Shown: positions 1 to 12,475 of the stretch, in pieces
Layout of the letters: every line of letters starts with the position of its first letter
How positions within the stretch are numbered: the stretch's first letter is position 1
NCBI RefSeq assembly: GCF_036321535.1
Contig: NC_087454.1
Span: forward strand, 32,054,001-32,118,000
Length of the DNA stretch: 64,000 nucleotides
From: Camelus dromedarius
Lineage: Eukaryota
Direction: 5' to 3'
Made by a program: the position numbers and the translations under genes
The notes under the pieces: generated by a model
The model's input: the letters and a program-made list of their open reading frames with translations, nothing else
The model's database searches: none
What the model was told of the DNA's origin: nothing

Positions 1-99
1 GAGGACTTACACGTGCAATATCAGGGCTTGGGGTTGGATAAAAAGACTGTTTTCCTGATGGCCTGTGCTACAGGAGGAGAAGAGAATTCTGAATTAGAT

Positions 100-320
100 T
101 GGTGGTTCTCAAGGAGGAGCAACTTTGCACCCCAGGGGACATCTAACAATTTGTGAAGACATTTGTTTTTGGCTGCCACAACTGGGGAGAGGAGGAAGAC
201 ACTAACAGAGTCTAGAGAGTAGAGGGCAGGGGTGCTGTGAACATCCTACAATGCACGGGACGGCCCCACGACTAAGAATTATCAGACCTAACGTCAGTAG
301 TGCCGAGTTAGGAAACCTTG
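100..320 (+). mobile_element. MER20 (hAT-Charlie non-autonomous DNA transposon)
   Basis: Begins GTGGTTCTCAA..CCCCAGGGGACAT, contains CATCCTACAATGCAC..CCCCAC..AAGAATTATC and ends GAAACCTTG, matching the recalled MER20 consensus. Confidence 0.85.
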
Positions 321-1434
321 ACCTAGAAAACTTGCACAGTTTTTCAGAGCTCTTAAATGTTGGCATACTTGGGTGGGGGAGGCGGGAGGTAGCCTATAAC
401 TCACTGTTTTAAGATAGCGTTCTATGACTCTAATTAGCCCACCTGGGCCAATTCTAGGAAAGAAAATAATTTCCCCCATCTGCTTAATGTGAACAAAAAT
501 GCAGACTGAGCACCCAAGCGGTTCTTCTTTTGTCTCAAGTACCCTCCCCGAAATTCTTCAGCTGATTCCAACCTTTGTTTTTGGAACCAGCTCAAACCCC
601 ACTTCATCCTTAAAGCCTCAGGGAAAGGGAAAGGCGATCTCTTGCTCCTCTGAACTGCTTTCTACAGCAAGTAGGGTCTGCATCCCTCATGGGGTATTTA
701 CTGCCAGACACACTCACTGTACACGTGTGACATGTAGGGACAGGCTTTCAGACTGCTTCAGAAACACACAATCAATTATTACCTTGCACTTAGTAAGAAC
801 TTCATAAATGTTTATTCCTCATACCTTCAAGTATTCTGGGTACCCTCAGAGGGGTGGTTACTAAATAAAATTAGAAGAACCTCAGCTGCCACTTTTCCCT
901 AGTCTAAATTTGGGACAGGAAGAGGTCATTTTAAAACTACATCAAACATGTTTCTATTTACAATGCTTCCTATTCTACAAAGCCAGCATGTGGACGTGGA
1001 CCTTGATTCCTGGTCTTCATAAACACTAGGAATCAGCATGACTTATGAGAAAGAAAAGAATTATTTAGGGTCAATCTATGTTGTTAATAGAAAAAGGAAT
1101 AATGGAATTTCATAATAGAGAGAGATAGTTTTTTAATGAAAAAGTGTCATGATTATTAGTCAGGTTTATTAGGACTTTAGAGGAATATTCCAAGAAAAGT
1201 GGCAGAAATTCGATCAATTAAGTGAGGTGCACATAAATTGAACTTAATAAAACTGCCCAAATTGCTTTGGAAAAGAAATGCTATAGGGGATAGACTTTTA
1301 TTAGTTCTGGGTGAGGATGAATCTGACAATACAGTGAGTCCTATTCTACTTTGAATCTTGAGTTTCCCATGAAAACTACCAGGAATAACTTTAGAAATAC
1401 AACCAAGACTAGAGACTGAGGGACCCACGCGGTC

Positions 1435-1580
1435 AGTGTATGGTCAGTGGTTTAGGAGTGAGAGTTTAGGGGTTGCAGGAGGGACACATGCTCCACTCCA
1501 GTCTTAGCAGACTTTGACAAGTTACCTAACCACACCTGTGCCTCAGTTTCCTCTTTGTGAGAATGGAGATATTCTAACGT
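1435..1580 (+). mobile_element. MIR SINE fragment
   Basis: MIR core CAAGTTACCTAACC..TGTGCCTCAGTTTCCTC..TGTGAGAATGGAGAT. Confidence 0.75.
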
Positions 1581-2879
1581 AGCGCCTTACTGAGCGACCC
1601 CATGAAATCCCGCATGTTCTCTGGAAGGGTACCAGCTCTGTAAGACAGAGCACGGGGCCTCGCACCATTATACAGTCGAACCACTCCCACAGACACCGTG
1701 GTCGGTCCTTGCCTCCAAAAAATTCAAAGAAAGAGAGTTCCCAACTTGTAGTCTTCCTATGTGTGAATTAAACAAACAAGAACAAAAACTCAGAGAACTA
1801 ATAATTACTGAGAAAAAGCAGAGAAAAATAAAAGTGCTGCTTTAGGATAGTCAGATATAACAACATGTTAACTTTCTGTTCATGAAGACTGAATTCACTG
1901 GGCGATTATTTAATGCCCCACTTCACTTTCTTAGTACAAGGAATCCTTATGAAAAGAGAAAAAGGCACATTTTCCATTTTATGTCTCTTAATGCAGACTT
2001 AATGCCCTGCCACTGGATATAAACATTAGCTCTCAGAAGCAGACAGCTAACATCCTTTCCATCAGTAAAGATGTAAGACCCCTTTTGTGGATTATATTTA
2101 CCCATCCTGTTCCAGAGAGATTTAACTAATTTGTTTAATGGGAATAAAAATGCTGATTTACCACCCTAGCAGGCACTAAGTCAGAGATGTTTATCAAACC
2201 AGATATTATCCTTCAAAAAGTAGGAGTTAACTCTTTATCCTTTGTCCTTCTAAAAATGCTCAGCATTTGAGCTGTGGTTCCTTCACCATTTTCACTGCCT
2301 TAGCTGTGACTGTTTCACAATTTATTAAAGATGCCTCGTACTTGCATATACACATCATTCTTGCCAGTTAATAATCCCACGACTACTTTATCAGTTACAA
2401 CTGCTAGAGAAGAAAGACCTCAGGGAAGGAAGATTTCTGGGGTCGTGGAAAGTTCCACTGTCCAACAACTTTCTGGCCAGGTCTTGTGGATGACTAATAA
2501 CGCTCATGTTTCTTCATCTTGATATTTCTTGGTCCATACCCATCAAATTTTCCTGCTTTGTATTCATTTTTTAAGTCTATATTTATAAGTCTGGGATTTT
2601 ATGCTGACTTCATAACCTTCAGAGTAACTGATCATGGCGAAATATTTCCCTGCTTATGGAAAGCAGATCTCTACTGACCTTAATTTTAATGAATACACTT
2701 TGAAAAATAAAACATTTATCACCAGTTGAAATAAGTGTCCCTGAAAGACTTCTTCCACCAGCAAAGAGTGTGTTTTTATTATGGACCCCTTGAGGAGGCT
2801 AAATCTGATGTAGCACCAATCCTGGATTACTCAGTGCTCTGGATCGTTTTGAACTAATCTTTAAGATTCCAGTTCCCAT

Positions 2880-3010
2880 TTACTTTCTATTTACTTGTCT
2901 TCCTTCCCCACTAGACTATAGGCGTCTGGAAGGCAGGGCTAGTAACTTATCTCTATCTCCAGTGCCTAGCCCAGTGTCTGAAACAATATAAGCACAGAAT
3001 ACATCTCTAC
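2880..3010 (+). mobile_element. L2 LINE 3' end fragment
   Basis: CCCCACTAGACTATAGG..GAAGGCAGGGC..TCTCCAGTGCCTAGCCCAGTGTCTG resembles the L2 tail. Confidence 0.7.
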
Positions 3011-3344
3011 TGAGAAAAACTATTCACTGGGATAAGGCAAACACAGAGAGGAGAAAGCGCGGAGCAGGGAAGATACTTGTCCATCTTTTGAACACAACAT
3101 AGGTGATTAAGACTCGGAAGACATATTAATTTGCCAAACTTTAAAGTTTGCTTAAAACAAAAGGGCTATGCAGTGGAGAAGGAGGTCTATGTGTAAGAGA
3201 TTATTCAGCAGAGAGAAGTCCAAGAGAATGTAATGACCATTTCCAAGGTCACAGGTAGAAGATGTTCACAAATGGTAGTAAAGATCAGGTTTCTCCTTTA
3301 CTGAAAAAAGAACAAAAAGAAATACTTGTTTTAAATAGTTACGT

Positions 3345-3625
3345 TACCAAAAGGAAAGGCAGCAGAGAGGGATAAACTGGGAGTTTGGGATTAACAGATG
3401 CACACTACTATATACAAAACAGATAAACAACAAGGACCTACTGTATAGCACAGGGAACTGTACTCAACAACTTGGAATAGCCGATAATGGAAAAGAATCT
3501 GAAAAAGAATGTGTATATATACATATATATATATAAAAAAACTGAATCACTCTGCTGTACACCTGAAACTAACACATTATAAATCAACAAGACTTTAATA
3601 AAATTTTTTTAAAAATTTAAAAATA
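3345..3625 (+). mobile_element. 5'-truncated L1 3' UTR (cetartiodactyl/camelid type)
   Basis: GGATAAACTGGGAGTTTGGGATTAACAGATGCACACTACTATAT..AACAAGGACCTACTGTATAGCACAGGGAAC..AACTGAATCACTCTGCTGTACACCTGAAACTAACAC followed by an A-rich tail. Confidence 0.9.
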
Positions 3626-5256
3626 GATATGAAGATTAATTTTCTTCTGGAGAGACATTAAATAGTGAATAGTATATTGAAGCAATTTATATATACAGGG
3701 CTTTCTGAAGCGTGTAGATGAGATGACCTTCTCAAATCTCTTCCAAGGAACCCTTGGAAAGATATATGCATGTACTATGATGATTATGTCAAACTCCTTT
3801 AAGCCGTGTCACAATTACTTAATGCTTTTTTGTTTTTTTAGCAGTAACTAAAAGTTAGGTCAATTCCCAATTTTATATGCCTACGCAAACTATCAGTACG
3901 GATTCAACTTCGTAAAATGCTTTTACTTTTTGCCAAAGATAAACTATTTAATATAAAAGTGGTAGTGGGGTACCAAATGTTTGGCTTTCTTTTTGTGGTG
4001 TACAATTTCCAGTTACTGGTGGCTAGCAGCGCACACCACATCATTCACATTGACAATAAAAACATCCTTTCACCTCACGGTATCAAGTGATTTATAATTG
4101 CCGTTTAAAAATAATAAGAGAGGGAGTATAAGATTTGTGAATCCACTGGGATGATAATGGAAAGCTTTCTACTGACCCAAGAAGGGCACTTGGATTGTTA
4201 TGGCTCCTATGTCGTTGAAACTACTTTAAATATTCATTGCGCTTTAATGAACATACTTTTCCTTTAATTAGACATTGTGCTAATACGGTTCTAATATGAA
4301 TCGGCTTGCCACACTGATCTGGGGATGCCAAGACCTGTTTATGAATGAGTTAGAAGTCCCAAGCTTGCTAAACTAGTCGTTAGCCTTCCCAGACCACATC
4401 TGTCTAGAAAAGGATAATATGACTTCCACAGATGAAAAGAAAGAAGGTGTGGAATTTGGGTGAAGATTAAGTCAATTCTGACTAAGCTAAGACTGGGAGT
4501 ACTTTGAAATTCTTCACTATGATGCTTTTAAAACTCAAAACGGGACTATTATAAAGCCTAATAATTAATTCACTCGAACCGTCATCCATTCAACACATAT
4601 TTCTTTGTCTCTTATACATGCTTATCAAAAGGATGGGCTAACAATGAATAGTGTTAATGAATTGGTTACAAAGTAGCAAACACCGACCACCTCAGGATAT
4701 GAATGAATTTAGGTCACCTTGACGGAAATCAAGGAGCTAATGACAACTTAATAAGAATTGGAAGTATCATACTTCTTTGAGCTATCAAGATTTATTACCT
4801 TTGGCCCTATCACCATAGTAATAAGTATTTACCATGTGCCTACAAGTTTTCTTTATTAATCTTCTGGCAGAAATGTATTAAGAAAGGATGCCTTTTAAAG
4901 TGTCAGGGGATGTATTTTCCCAGTGACTGTCAATCCAGGATATTTTTGGAGCAGAGCAAATTGATGAAGATATCATATTTCTGGCCAATCAATACCAGAT
5001 TAGGGAATTACAGGAGAGAAGGAAGTTGTTTACTTCAGCTACAGAGCAACTAAGGAGGCAGCTTTTCTGGCGGGAAAATGGTACTGAGATGGCTCCTGTC
5101 AGGACAAATCTCTTGTTTTTGAGATCCCAGACTGAGTCTTGAAGCGGGCGTGCGGGGGAAATAGCATTATCCCCTTATCCTCTCATCCTGTGCATCCTAT
5201 GCATCTGGCAAGGAGTCAGGTGGGATGGGGGAACCTTCTTCTGGTTTAAGGTCCCT

Positions 5257-5424
5257 CTATGTTTCTCAACCTGGTTATCCACTGTAAATCATACAAGGAG
5301 CTTAAAAAAAAAATCCCAATTCTCAGGCCGTTTCTCTGGAGATTCTGATTCCACTAGTCTGGGGAGGGGACCCAGGCATCTTGTAATTGGAAAGTTCCTG
5401 AAGTGGTCCTTTTGAGAAGCACTG
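5257..5424 (+). mobile_element. MER5B-type hAT MITE
   Basis: Ends TTTCTCAACC.. and ..TTTGAGAAGCACTG; internal GAGATTCTGATT..GTCTGGGG. Confidence 0.8.
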
Positions 5425-6059
5425 AGTTGCACCAAGTGAAAAGCAGTAAAAATTACTTTGTAATAAGATAAGTCACTAGGTACTCTTAGAAGATTACTCT
5501 TGGATGTGGTCCTTAGCAAAGCAATTTACAGCATTTTGGAGTTGATCTATAAATAAATCAGGTCCTTCTAAATTCTATCCAAGATTTTTCTTGGGACACC
5601 TGCTCCCCTGGAACTTGTTGACCTATATTTGTATCTTGCTTTCATAAGTGCATACGCTTATGAAAGCGACATTTCAAATCACATAAGAAAATGCTCTTTT
5701 CCTACAGCTTCTGTTGATGAGCCAGAATATTTTACTTTCTCCTTTTTGTCTGTTAAGGGTTGTGGGAATCAGCTCCAAAAAACACTGTCCTAGATACACT
5801 CTCTAGATAACAATAAATGAGCAATTAAGTAAATTATGTCACAGTCACTTGCCAGACTTCTGAGCTACCAAAAAAAAAACAATTATGAAAATGCTTATTA
5901 AAAAAAAAAACAATAAACAAGCAGAAAAGACATGCACCCTATGTGGCAACTGTGAACTTTACAGTTAAAGACTGGAAATAAATGGTCTATAATTCTGTAA
6001 AATTGGTGAGTAGGATTGTGATTTTTCACTTGGTGTTATTATGATGTTGGATTTATATA

Positions 6060-7110
6060 AAAGACAACATACAGAATGGAAGAAAGTATTTGCAAAAAAT
6101 GAGACAGACAGGGATTAATTTCCAGAATATAGAAATAGCTCATACAACTTAATAATAAAAAAAAAAACCCAATCCAAAAATGGGCAGAAGACCTAAACAA
6201 GCATTTCTCCAGTGAAGACATATCAANNNNNNNNNNNNNNNNNNNNNNNNNNNNNNNNNNNNNNNNNNNNNNNNNNNNNNNNNNNNNNNNNNNNNNNNNN
6301 NNNNNNNNNNNNNNNNNNNNNNNNNNNNNNNNNNNNNNNNNNNNNNNNNNNNNNNNNNNNNNNNNNNNNNNNNNNNNNNNNNNNNNNNNNNNNNNNNNNN
6401 NNNNNNNNNNNNNNNNNNNNNNNNNNNNNNNNNNNNNNNNNNNNNNNNNNNNNNNNNNNNNNNNNNNNNNNNNNNNNNNNNNNNNNNNNNNNNNNNNNNN
6501 NNAACCTTAATTCAAAANNNNNNNNNNNNNNNNNNNNNNNNNNNNNNNNNNNNNNNNNNNNNNNNNNNNNNNNNNNNNNNNNNNNNNNNNNNNNNNNNNN
6601 NNNNNNNNNNNNNNNNNNNNNNNNNNNNNNNNNNNNNNNNNNNNNNNNNNNNNNNNNNNNNNNNNNNNNTTTACAGCTACATGGATGGACCAGGAGATTG
6701 TCGTTCTAAGTGAAGTAAGCCAGAAAAAGAAAGAAAAATACTATATGATATTATTTATATGTGGACTCTAAAAAAAAAAAAGACAAATGAACTTATGTAC
6801 AAAACAGAAACAGACTCACAGACATAGAAAACAAACTTATGGTTATCATGGGGGAAGGGAGTGGGAAAGGATATATTGGGAGTTCAAGATTTGCAGATAC
6901 TAACTACTATGTATAAAATAGATAAACAAGTTTATACTGTACAGCACAGGGAACTAGATTCAATATCTTGCAGTAACTTACAGTGAAAAAGAATATGAAA
7001 GAGAATACATGTATGTTCATATATGACTGAAACATTATGCTGTACACCAGAAACTGACACAACATTGTAAACTGACTACCCTTCAGTAAAAATATATGTG
7101 CAAAAAAAAT
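6060..7110 (+). mobile_element. L1 ORF2 3' end plus 3' UTR, partly N-masked
   Basis: AAAAATGGGCAGAAGACCTAAACAAGCATTTCTCC (ORF2 C-terminal region), CTAAGTGAAGTAAGCCAGA and a typical 3' UTR. N runs at 6227-6502 and 6518-6669. Confidence 0.9.
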
Positions 7111-8358
7111 AGTTACAACTTATGAAGAAACTACTAAGTGCTCAAAAGTTTTAAAACCTGTCAAGTGGATATTAATAATACTTCTAATGTAGCATAGAAA
7201 ATAGTAATCATATTTTTAACATAGAAAAACTGAAGGACAAAGACATTAAGTAGCATGTCTAAAGGCACACAACTAATAAATGATCAAACTGAGTTCAAAC
7301 ATAGATTTGTCTATTTCCTCTTTGCTGTCCTCTTCACCATTATCTTAAAATTCTGAAAGAGGGCTTAATCAATAAGAGGCTCCCCTATCTCTATCCCCCG
7401 TGAAGAACCCACCGCAATAAGAAACGGTTGTTGCTTTAGGCGAAATGGGCCACACTGTCAATGCTTATAACTTTAACATCACCAGTAAGTTCAGGACACA
7501 GAGCTGAGGGAGAAGATCGGAAATGAAGAATCTTATGTCAATTTAGTTATCAATTACCTAAATATTCTTCTATCAGGAAGAAGACTACTAGAGTAACATC
7601 AGTCTATAAACGACTCCTTGAGATAAATTAACTAAAAATACAAATGAACTTTGTTTCGCAAGAGACACGCTGATAACATGCGATTAGTTACTAAAAGAAC
7701 TGTCTAAAGTTTTCACAGCCTAGAAAGGGTCCAATTACTTAAAAATAATCCCCAGGGTAACGAAGGTTGAAAAGAATGAAATAACAATAAATGTCAAGCT
7801 GCCAGTACCAGTTTTGTGTGCTATTCCCTTAGAGAGGTCTGCTCAATCTCCGAAAAGGGGTCATTAAACTAGTGCAGCCCCTGAGCTTCTCACCCCCACC
7901 CCCCCGGAGCTGAGCAGGGTGTCTGTGTCCCGGGGCACTGCCTGCTGCCCACCGCCCTGACCGCGTGCCCCAGTACTCAGGCCCTGCTTCACACGCCCAG
8001 GAACCTGCCCTGCTGAGATCATGCACCAGACTGCACTGTGCAGGGAGACCTGGATCCTGGGAAGGGAGAACTGACAAGCTGGGCTTTCCTCGCATTCTTT
8101 TTAAACTAGAAATGTGAACAAGTGACGATTCCTGCCCTTAAAAGCCTTATAATCTTGAAGGAAAATAAGATGGGTCCTAAATAGCCCGTATACTTACTAG
8201 TGCTGGTGTACAAACGACTAAGAGCATGCGTCATCTTTGATTCCAAAGCCACATTTCATTCATGGGAAGGGAAACCTGTCCTGTCTAGGGGTTCAGCTTT
8301 TGGCTTGCTAATACTCTCACCCTACAAATTTTCACCAGTCTTCACCCAACATCTATTC

Positions 8359-8398
8359 CCTTCCTTCCTTCCTTTCTTCCTTCCTTCCTTCCTTCTTC
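8359..8398. repeat. (TTCC)n-like pyrimidine microsatellite
   Basis: CCCTTCCTTCCTTCCTTTCTTCCTTCCTTCCTTCCTTCTT read directly. Confidence 0.85.
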
Positions 8399-8749
8399 TC
8401 TTTCTCATAGGACTTCTGTTCTTCTTTACCCAAGTCCCTATGCTTGAAGAAATTAATTTCACTCTCTACCATCACATGAATAGAAATGATCAAATCTTTC
8501 ACTTTAGATTTTATGGCCTCTGTATTTTTGCTTATGATATTCTCAGTCCTAGGGCAGCTAAATAAATATCCCTTTCTCCAATCTAATGACTCTTAAACTT
8601 GAGTAATTGATGGATCTTTTCCAAAAAAAAAAAAAAAAATCCTTCTGAAACCATAGTGTTGACCTAAATTATTTCATTTATAATCAATTGCTGTTTTAAT
8701 ACAGATAGGTTCTAGCTAATGCGGGCAGTGTCTTTTCATCCTTTTTAAA

Positions 8750-8955
8750 GTTTTTAAAAATTGAGACAGAATTGACATATCATACTGTGTTCATTTTAGG
8801 GGTACATGATTTATGTGTTTATTGCAAAATGATTACCATAATTTCAGTTAACATCCCTCTTTTAGCAACCTCAAATATACAGTGCAGTATTGTTAACTAT
8901 AGTCACCATGCTGAACATTATATCCCCAAGGCTTACTTATCTTATAACTTAATTT
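8750..8955 (-). mobile_element. L1 3' end fragment (L1MA-like)
   Basis: Poly-T then AATTGACATA..GCAAAATGATTACCA..TTGTTAACTATAGTCACCATGCTG..CTTACTTATCTTATAACT, the reverse of an L1 3' UTR. Confidence 0.8.
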
Positions 8956-9442
8956 CTTTAACTGCACTTCTATTTATGTATAAATATTTTTCGTCTTCTC
9001 ACAGATAAAATATAAAACAAAAGACATCTTCTAAATGGAATGTTTATCCAGCACAGTCCTGGACAAGTTTCTCTCATGTATCCATTATATTTTCATTTCA
9101 TTAGCAAGTAAACATTTGGAGCTATTAAAACAATAAATGTAACTTGTGTTTCCTAATGCCTCAGTACACTTATCAGGTTACATCAAGAGAAATTTAAATT
9201 TAACTTGCTTGCATCCCCATCTGAGTAAGACAGGAACTCTGGCCCCTGAAAAGCTTTACTCATGCACTTCCGGGGGTCTTTAGAAGATCTTTACTATTTC
9301 CCAACTAGGTCTTCATGGTCTGCCTCTTCGGCCCGCTGGCTGATGGGCCACTCCTTGCCTTTGAGCACATGGTGCTGGTCCCGTGACACTCTGAAGTCTG
9401 TGCTGGGGTCTTCAGATGGCACTCTGTGAATTCCCATCGTGC

Positions 9443-9608
9443 TAGGTTTCCAGATAAAATATAGGACACCCAGTTAAATCTGAATTTCAGATAAGCAGAG
9501 AAGGCAGTATTTAGAACATATTTTCACTTAAAAATTATTTCTTGTTTATCTCAAATTCAAATTTAACTAGGTAGCCTGTACTTTTATTTGCTAAATCTGG
9601 TAACCCTA
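9443..9608 (+). mobile_element. MER53 palindromic hAT MITE, centre partly deleted
   Basis: Terminal inverted repeats TAGGTTTCCAGAT / ATCTGGTAACCCTA and inner inverted CAGTTAAATCTGAATTTCAGATAA / TTATCTCAAATTCAAATTTAACTAG. Confidence 0.9.
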
Positions 9609-10537
9609 CCAGGTGTTCAAGCCACCTCCCCTCAGCCTCTCCTGGGCTGAAGTCACACATGTGCTGTGTATAGCTGGCGAAAGTGTCTCTCTCTCTTGTC
9701 TGGTTGTCCTTTGTGTCCTAAGCACAAAGCCGTCTTGCTTGTGGCTCATGTATCTCAGGACCACTCATAGAAACAGCTTTCGATGTCCTTCTGTGGCCAT
9801 CTTTCTTGAGGGTTTAGCCCAGCCTGAGAATGGCAGACTGACTGGATGGGCTCTTTCTCTGTTCCCTTGCAAATTCCCCCAAGGGGTCGTTCCACAGACT
9901 CCTCCGTATTAGCTAACCCCACCGAGGCAAATCAACGTATGCAGTGAGGGCTAGCAGCATTACTGGTTCATTAGGCACGTACAGTTATATGTCAGCAAAG
10001 ATTTGCCCTAAGTCTATAACACAAGTTACACTGTGATTAGGGGAACTGCCTTCAAAGCACCTCTAAAGTGGATAAAAGTGCTTCCTACCTTTGGAAGCAC
10101 TGAGAATAGCTCCATGGAAAAGGCAAATGTAAGAGATGTGAGTTTGACACCATGAAAGAAATTTCAAGCCATAGGAACAGCATGAATGAAGGTTAAAAAA
10201 AAAAAAGCCAGGAAAATTCAGGATGGGTTTGCTGTGGTTTAGTTGCAGCATAAGGTGTATTGCAACCTGAAACTTCATGGCAAGCTGGGGCCCAGCCAAG
10301 GGACGTTCTCAAGGGCTATGGTTTGTCATGTCCTCTCCAGGCAATGGGGAGCTCTTGCAGGATTTGATTAGAGAAAAACATAATCAAAAGAGGTAGATGA
10401 TCCTGCTACACAGGCAAGGTTCCAAGTGTGAGAAGTTATGTGAGAGAGACTAGATTACTGCTTAGATAAAATAGGTAAGAGGTGTTAAAAGCCCGAGGAA
10501 GAGACGGTGAGGAGGAAAAGAAATTTGAAAAGAAGAC

Positions 10538-10712
10538 CTTGGACTTCAACCCTGGTAATCCAGGATAATCACCAGAGGAGGTTTTTAAAATCCCAGTGTC
10601 CATGACACCTCCTGACTAATGAAGTCAGAATCTCTGGGGAGGAGATGCACACATCAGTATTTCTAAAGCTCCCGGCATAATTCCTACATTCAGCCAAGGC
10701 TGAACGCCTCTA
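10538..10712 (+). mobile_element. MER5B-type hAT MITE
   Basis: CTTCAACCCTGG..AATCACCAGAGGAGGTTTTTAAAAT..TCAGAATCTCTGGGG..CAGCCAAGGCTGA. Confidence 0.75.
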
Positions 10713-10720
10713 CTGCAGAA

Positions 10721-10875
10721 CAGAGGTCCTCCGATGTCGGCAGGGATCAGAATCACCTAGGGAGCTTGTGGCCCCCAACCCCCAGTATTAGTAGATCTGG
10801 ACTGAGACCCAAGAATGTACATTTCTAACAAGGTCCTAGGCAATGGGGATGCTATTGTTCTAAGGGCCACCTTGG
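10721..10875 (+). mobile_element. MER5A-type hAT MITE, directly beside the previous MER5
   Basis: ATCAGAATCACCTAGGGAGCTTGT..AGTAGATCTGG..CCCAAGAATGTACATTTCTAACAAG. Confidence 0.75.
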
Positions 10876-11545
10876 CATGGAATGAATTAGCTCTCGCTGT
10901 TTCTATGTCTTTGGCTGGGTGGGGGTGAGGGGGAAAGGAAGAATTAATCATAGGTGACTGAGATTCTGCACCCGAGTCAATGACAGAATGGAGAGAATGC
11001 CATTCAAAGAGTTATAGACATGGAAGAAAATCAATGTCTGGCTTGAATGAGGATATTTAAAGAATAGACAATGACAAAGACTAGTTCGTGGGAATAATTA
11101 TAAATATGGGAATGGTGAGGGAGTGAGCCAGTAAGAAGCTGAGGCTCAATAGAGGCTGATGTCTGGGAAGCCCAGACAGGAGAGAGAGGTTAAGGTTGGC
11201 TCTATTGCAAATGATACAAATATACAACCTCTGAGATATTTCCAGATCCAGGGGACACTGAAACCAAAGTCCCACAGTTTTCTTATCTGTTCTTTACTGC
11301 CCTTAGAGAAGAGAGGTCACGTGCAGAACAAGATTTCTGGAGGCAGCTCAAGCTCTTTAGCACAAAAGCAGAGGGATGCAAACCCCTCCTACTCTGCTTA
11401 TTAAGTAAACAGCAATGACTACCACAGGATAGAAAGACTTTCAGCTTTGAGGGTTGAAACAAAAAGGGCTTTTCATCTCACCATGAGTTCACAAAGAAGT
11501 CAATCAACCAATTCCAGAACAAGGGCAGAATATCAGTGCTCAAGG

Positions 11546-11672
11546 AGCTTTCTTACTGTGTTTTCGGTCTGCATCTATGGGCTACTTCAAACTCAAGCTG
11601 GGAATGAGGAAGTCTCATTGGGTCTCCCTTGCGTCTTAGACCCAAGCTTCTCAAACTCTCAAGTGCATCTGA
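11546..11672 (+). repeat. Local duplication, copy 1 (partner at 13418-13541)
   Basis: AGCTTTCTTACTGTGTTTTCGGTCTGCATCTATGGGCTACTTCAAACTCAAGCTGGGAATGAGGAAG recurs with 4 differences in the first 67 bp. Confidence 0.95.
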
Positions 11673-11719
11673 ATTTTAAGGATTTTCAAAGAATCTGGCG
11701 CTGTTCTAAGTGCTTGATA

Positions 11720-11878
11720 CCCTTGCTACTCAAGAGTGTGAATCAAGGACCAGAGGCATCAGTATCAGCTGGGAGTTTGCTAGAAATGCCAAATCTCACT
11801 CCATCCCAGATCTACTGAAACGGAATCTGCATTTTAAACAAGAACTCCAGGTGACAAATGGAGTTTGAGAAGCTCTGC
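11720..11878 (-). mobile_element. MER5A-type hAT MITE
   Basis: GGACCAGAGGCATCAGTATCAGCTGGGAGTTTGCTAGAAATG..CTACTGAA..CTCCAGGTGA..AGTTTGAGAAGCTCTG, the reverse MER5A consensus. Confidence 0.85.
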
Positions 11879-12059
11879 CCCAGGTATCATAAATTCACTG
11901 AATCCACTTAATGCTAAGAAGTCGGGGCTATGATGAGGAAACTGAGTTACAAAGAGGCTAAAACGTTTGTACAAAGTTACAGAGCAAAAGGAACAGAGTA
12001 CAGATGTAGACCTGGACAATGGAGCTCAATAGGTCCTGATCTAAACTGTGTTATACCAG

Positions 12060-12475
12060 CTCTCAAGAGGTTCTTAATGTGGCCCTTAGCGCCCTCACCA
12101 CGGTCACTCTTTAACTTCCATCTCAGGGGCTTTCATTCAACACATCTAAGGTACCATGACTTCCCCTCCCTCCTGTTGGTCCTACCACCTAACCCAGCCT
12201 TGCCTGTTAACCCTCTGTCACCCTTCAGATTTCAGCTCCCAGTCAGTTCCTCAAGAAGGTCATTTGTCACAGCCCAAGACTTGGAATCCTTCTCTCACAG
12301 CACCATGCAGTTTTCTTCGTGATAATCTGTAATTATGAATGTATCCATGCGATTTTTGTTTTTCGTGTTAGACTCAAGCTCCTGGAAGGTCAAGCACCAC
12401 ATCTATTTTGTTCCTCACTGAATCTCCAGCTCCCAGCCAGGGCCAGACACAGAGCAGACACCCAGCAATAGCTCT
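12060..12475 (+). mobile_element. L2 3' region
   Basis: CCCTTCAGATTTCAGCTC..TTCCTCAAGAAGG..TTAGACTCAAGCTCCTGGAAGGTCAAG..TTTTGTTCCTCACTGAATCTCCAG. Confidence 0.7.

Larger units (their letters stand above)
10300..11200 (-). mobile_element. Degraded L2 interrupted by two MER5 elements
   Basis: Purine-rich L2-like segments (GGCAATGGGGAGC..TTTGA; GGTGACT..GATTCTG..AGAATGGAG..GCCATT; GGAAGCCCAG..GGAGAG) on both sides of 10538-10875. Confidence 0.55.

Noticed and set aside
9443-9608. MER53 hairpin as a possible miR-1302-family precursor
   Set aside because: The central arm that gives miR-1302 (GGGACATACTTAT) is deleted on one side and diverged on the other, so that stem cannot form.
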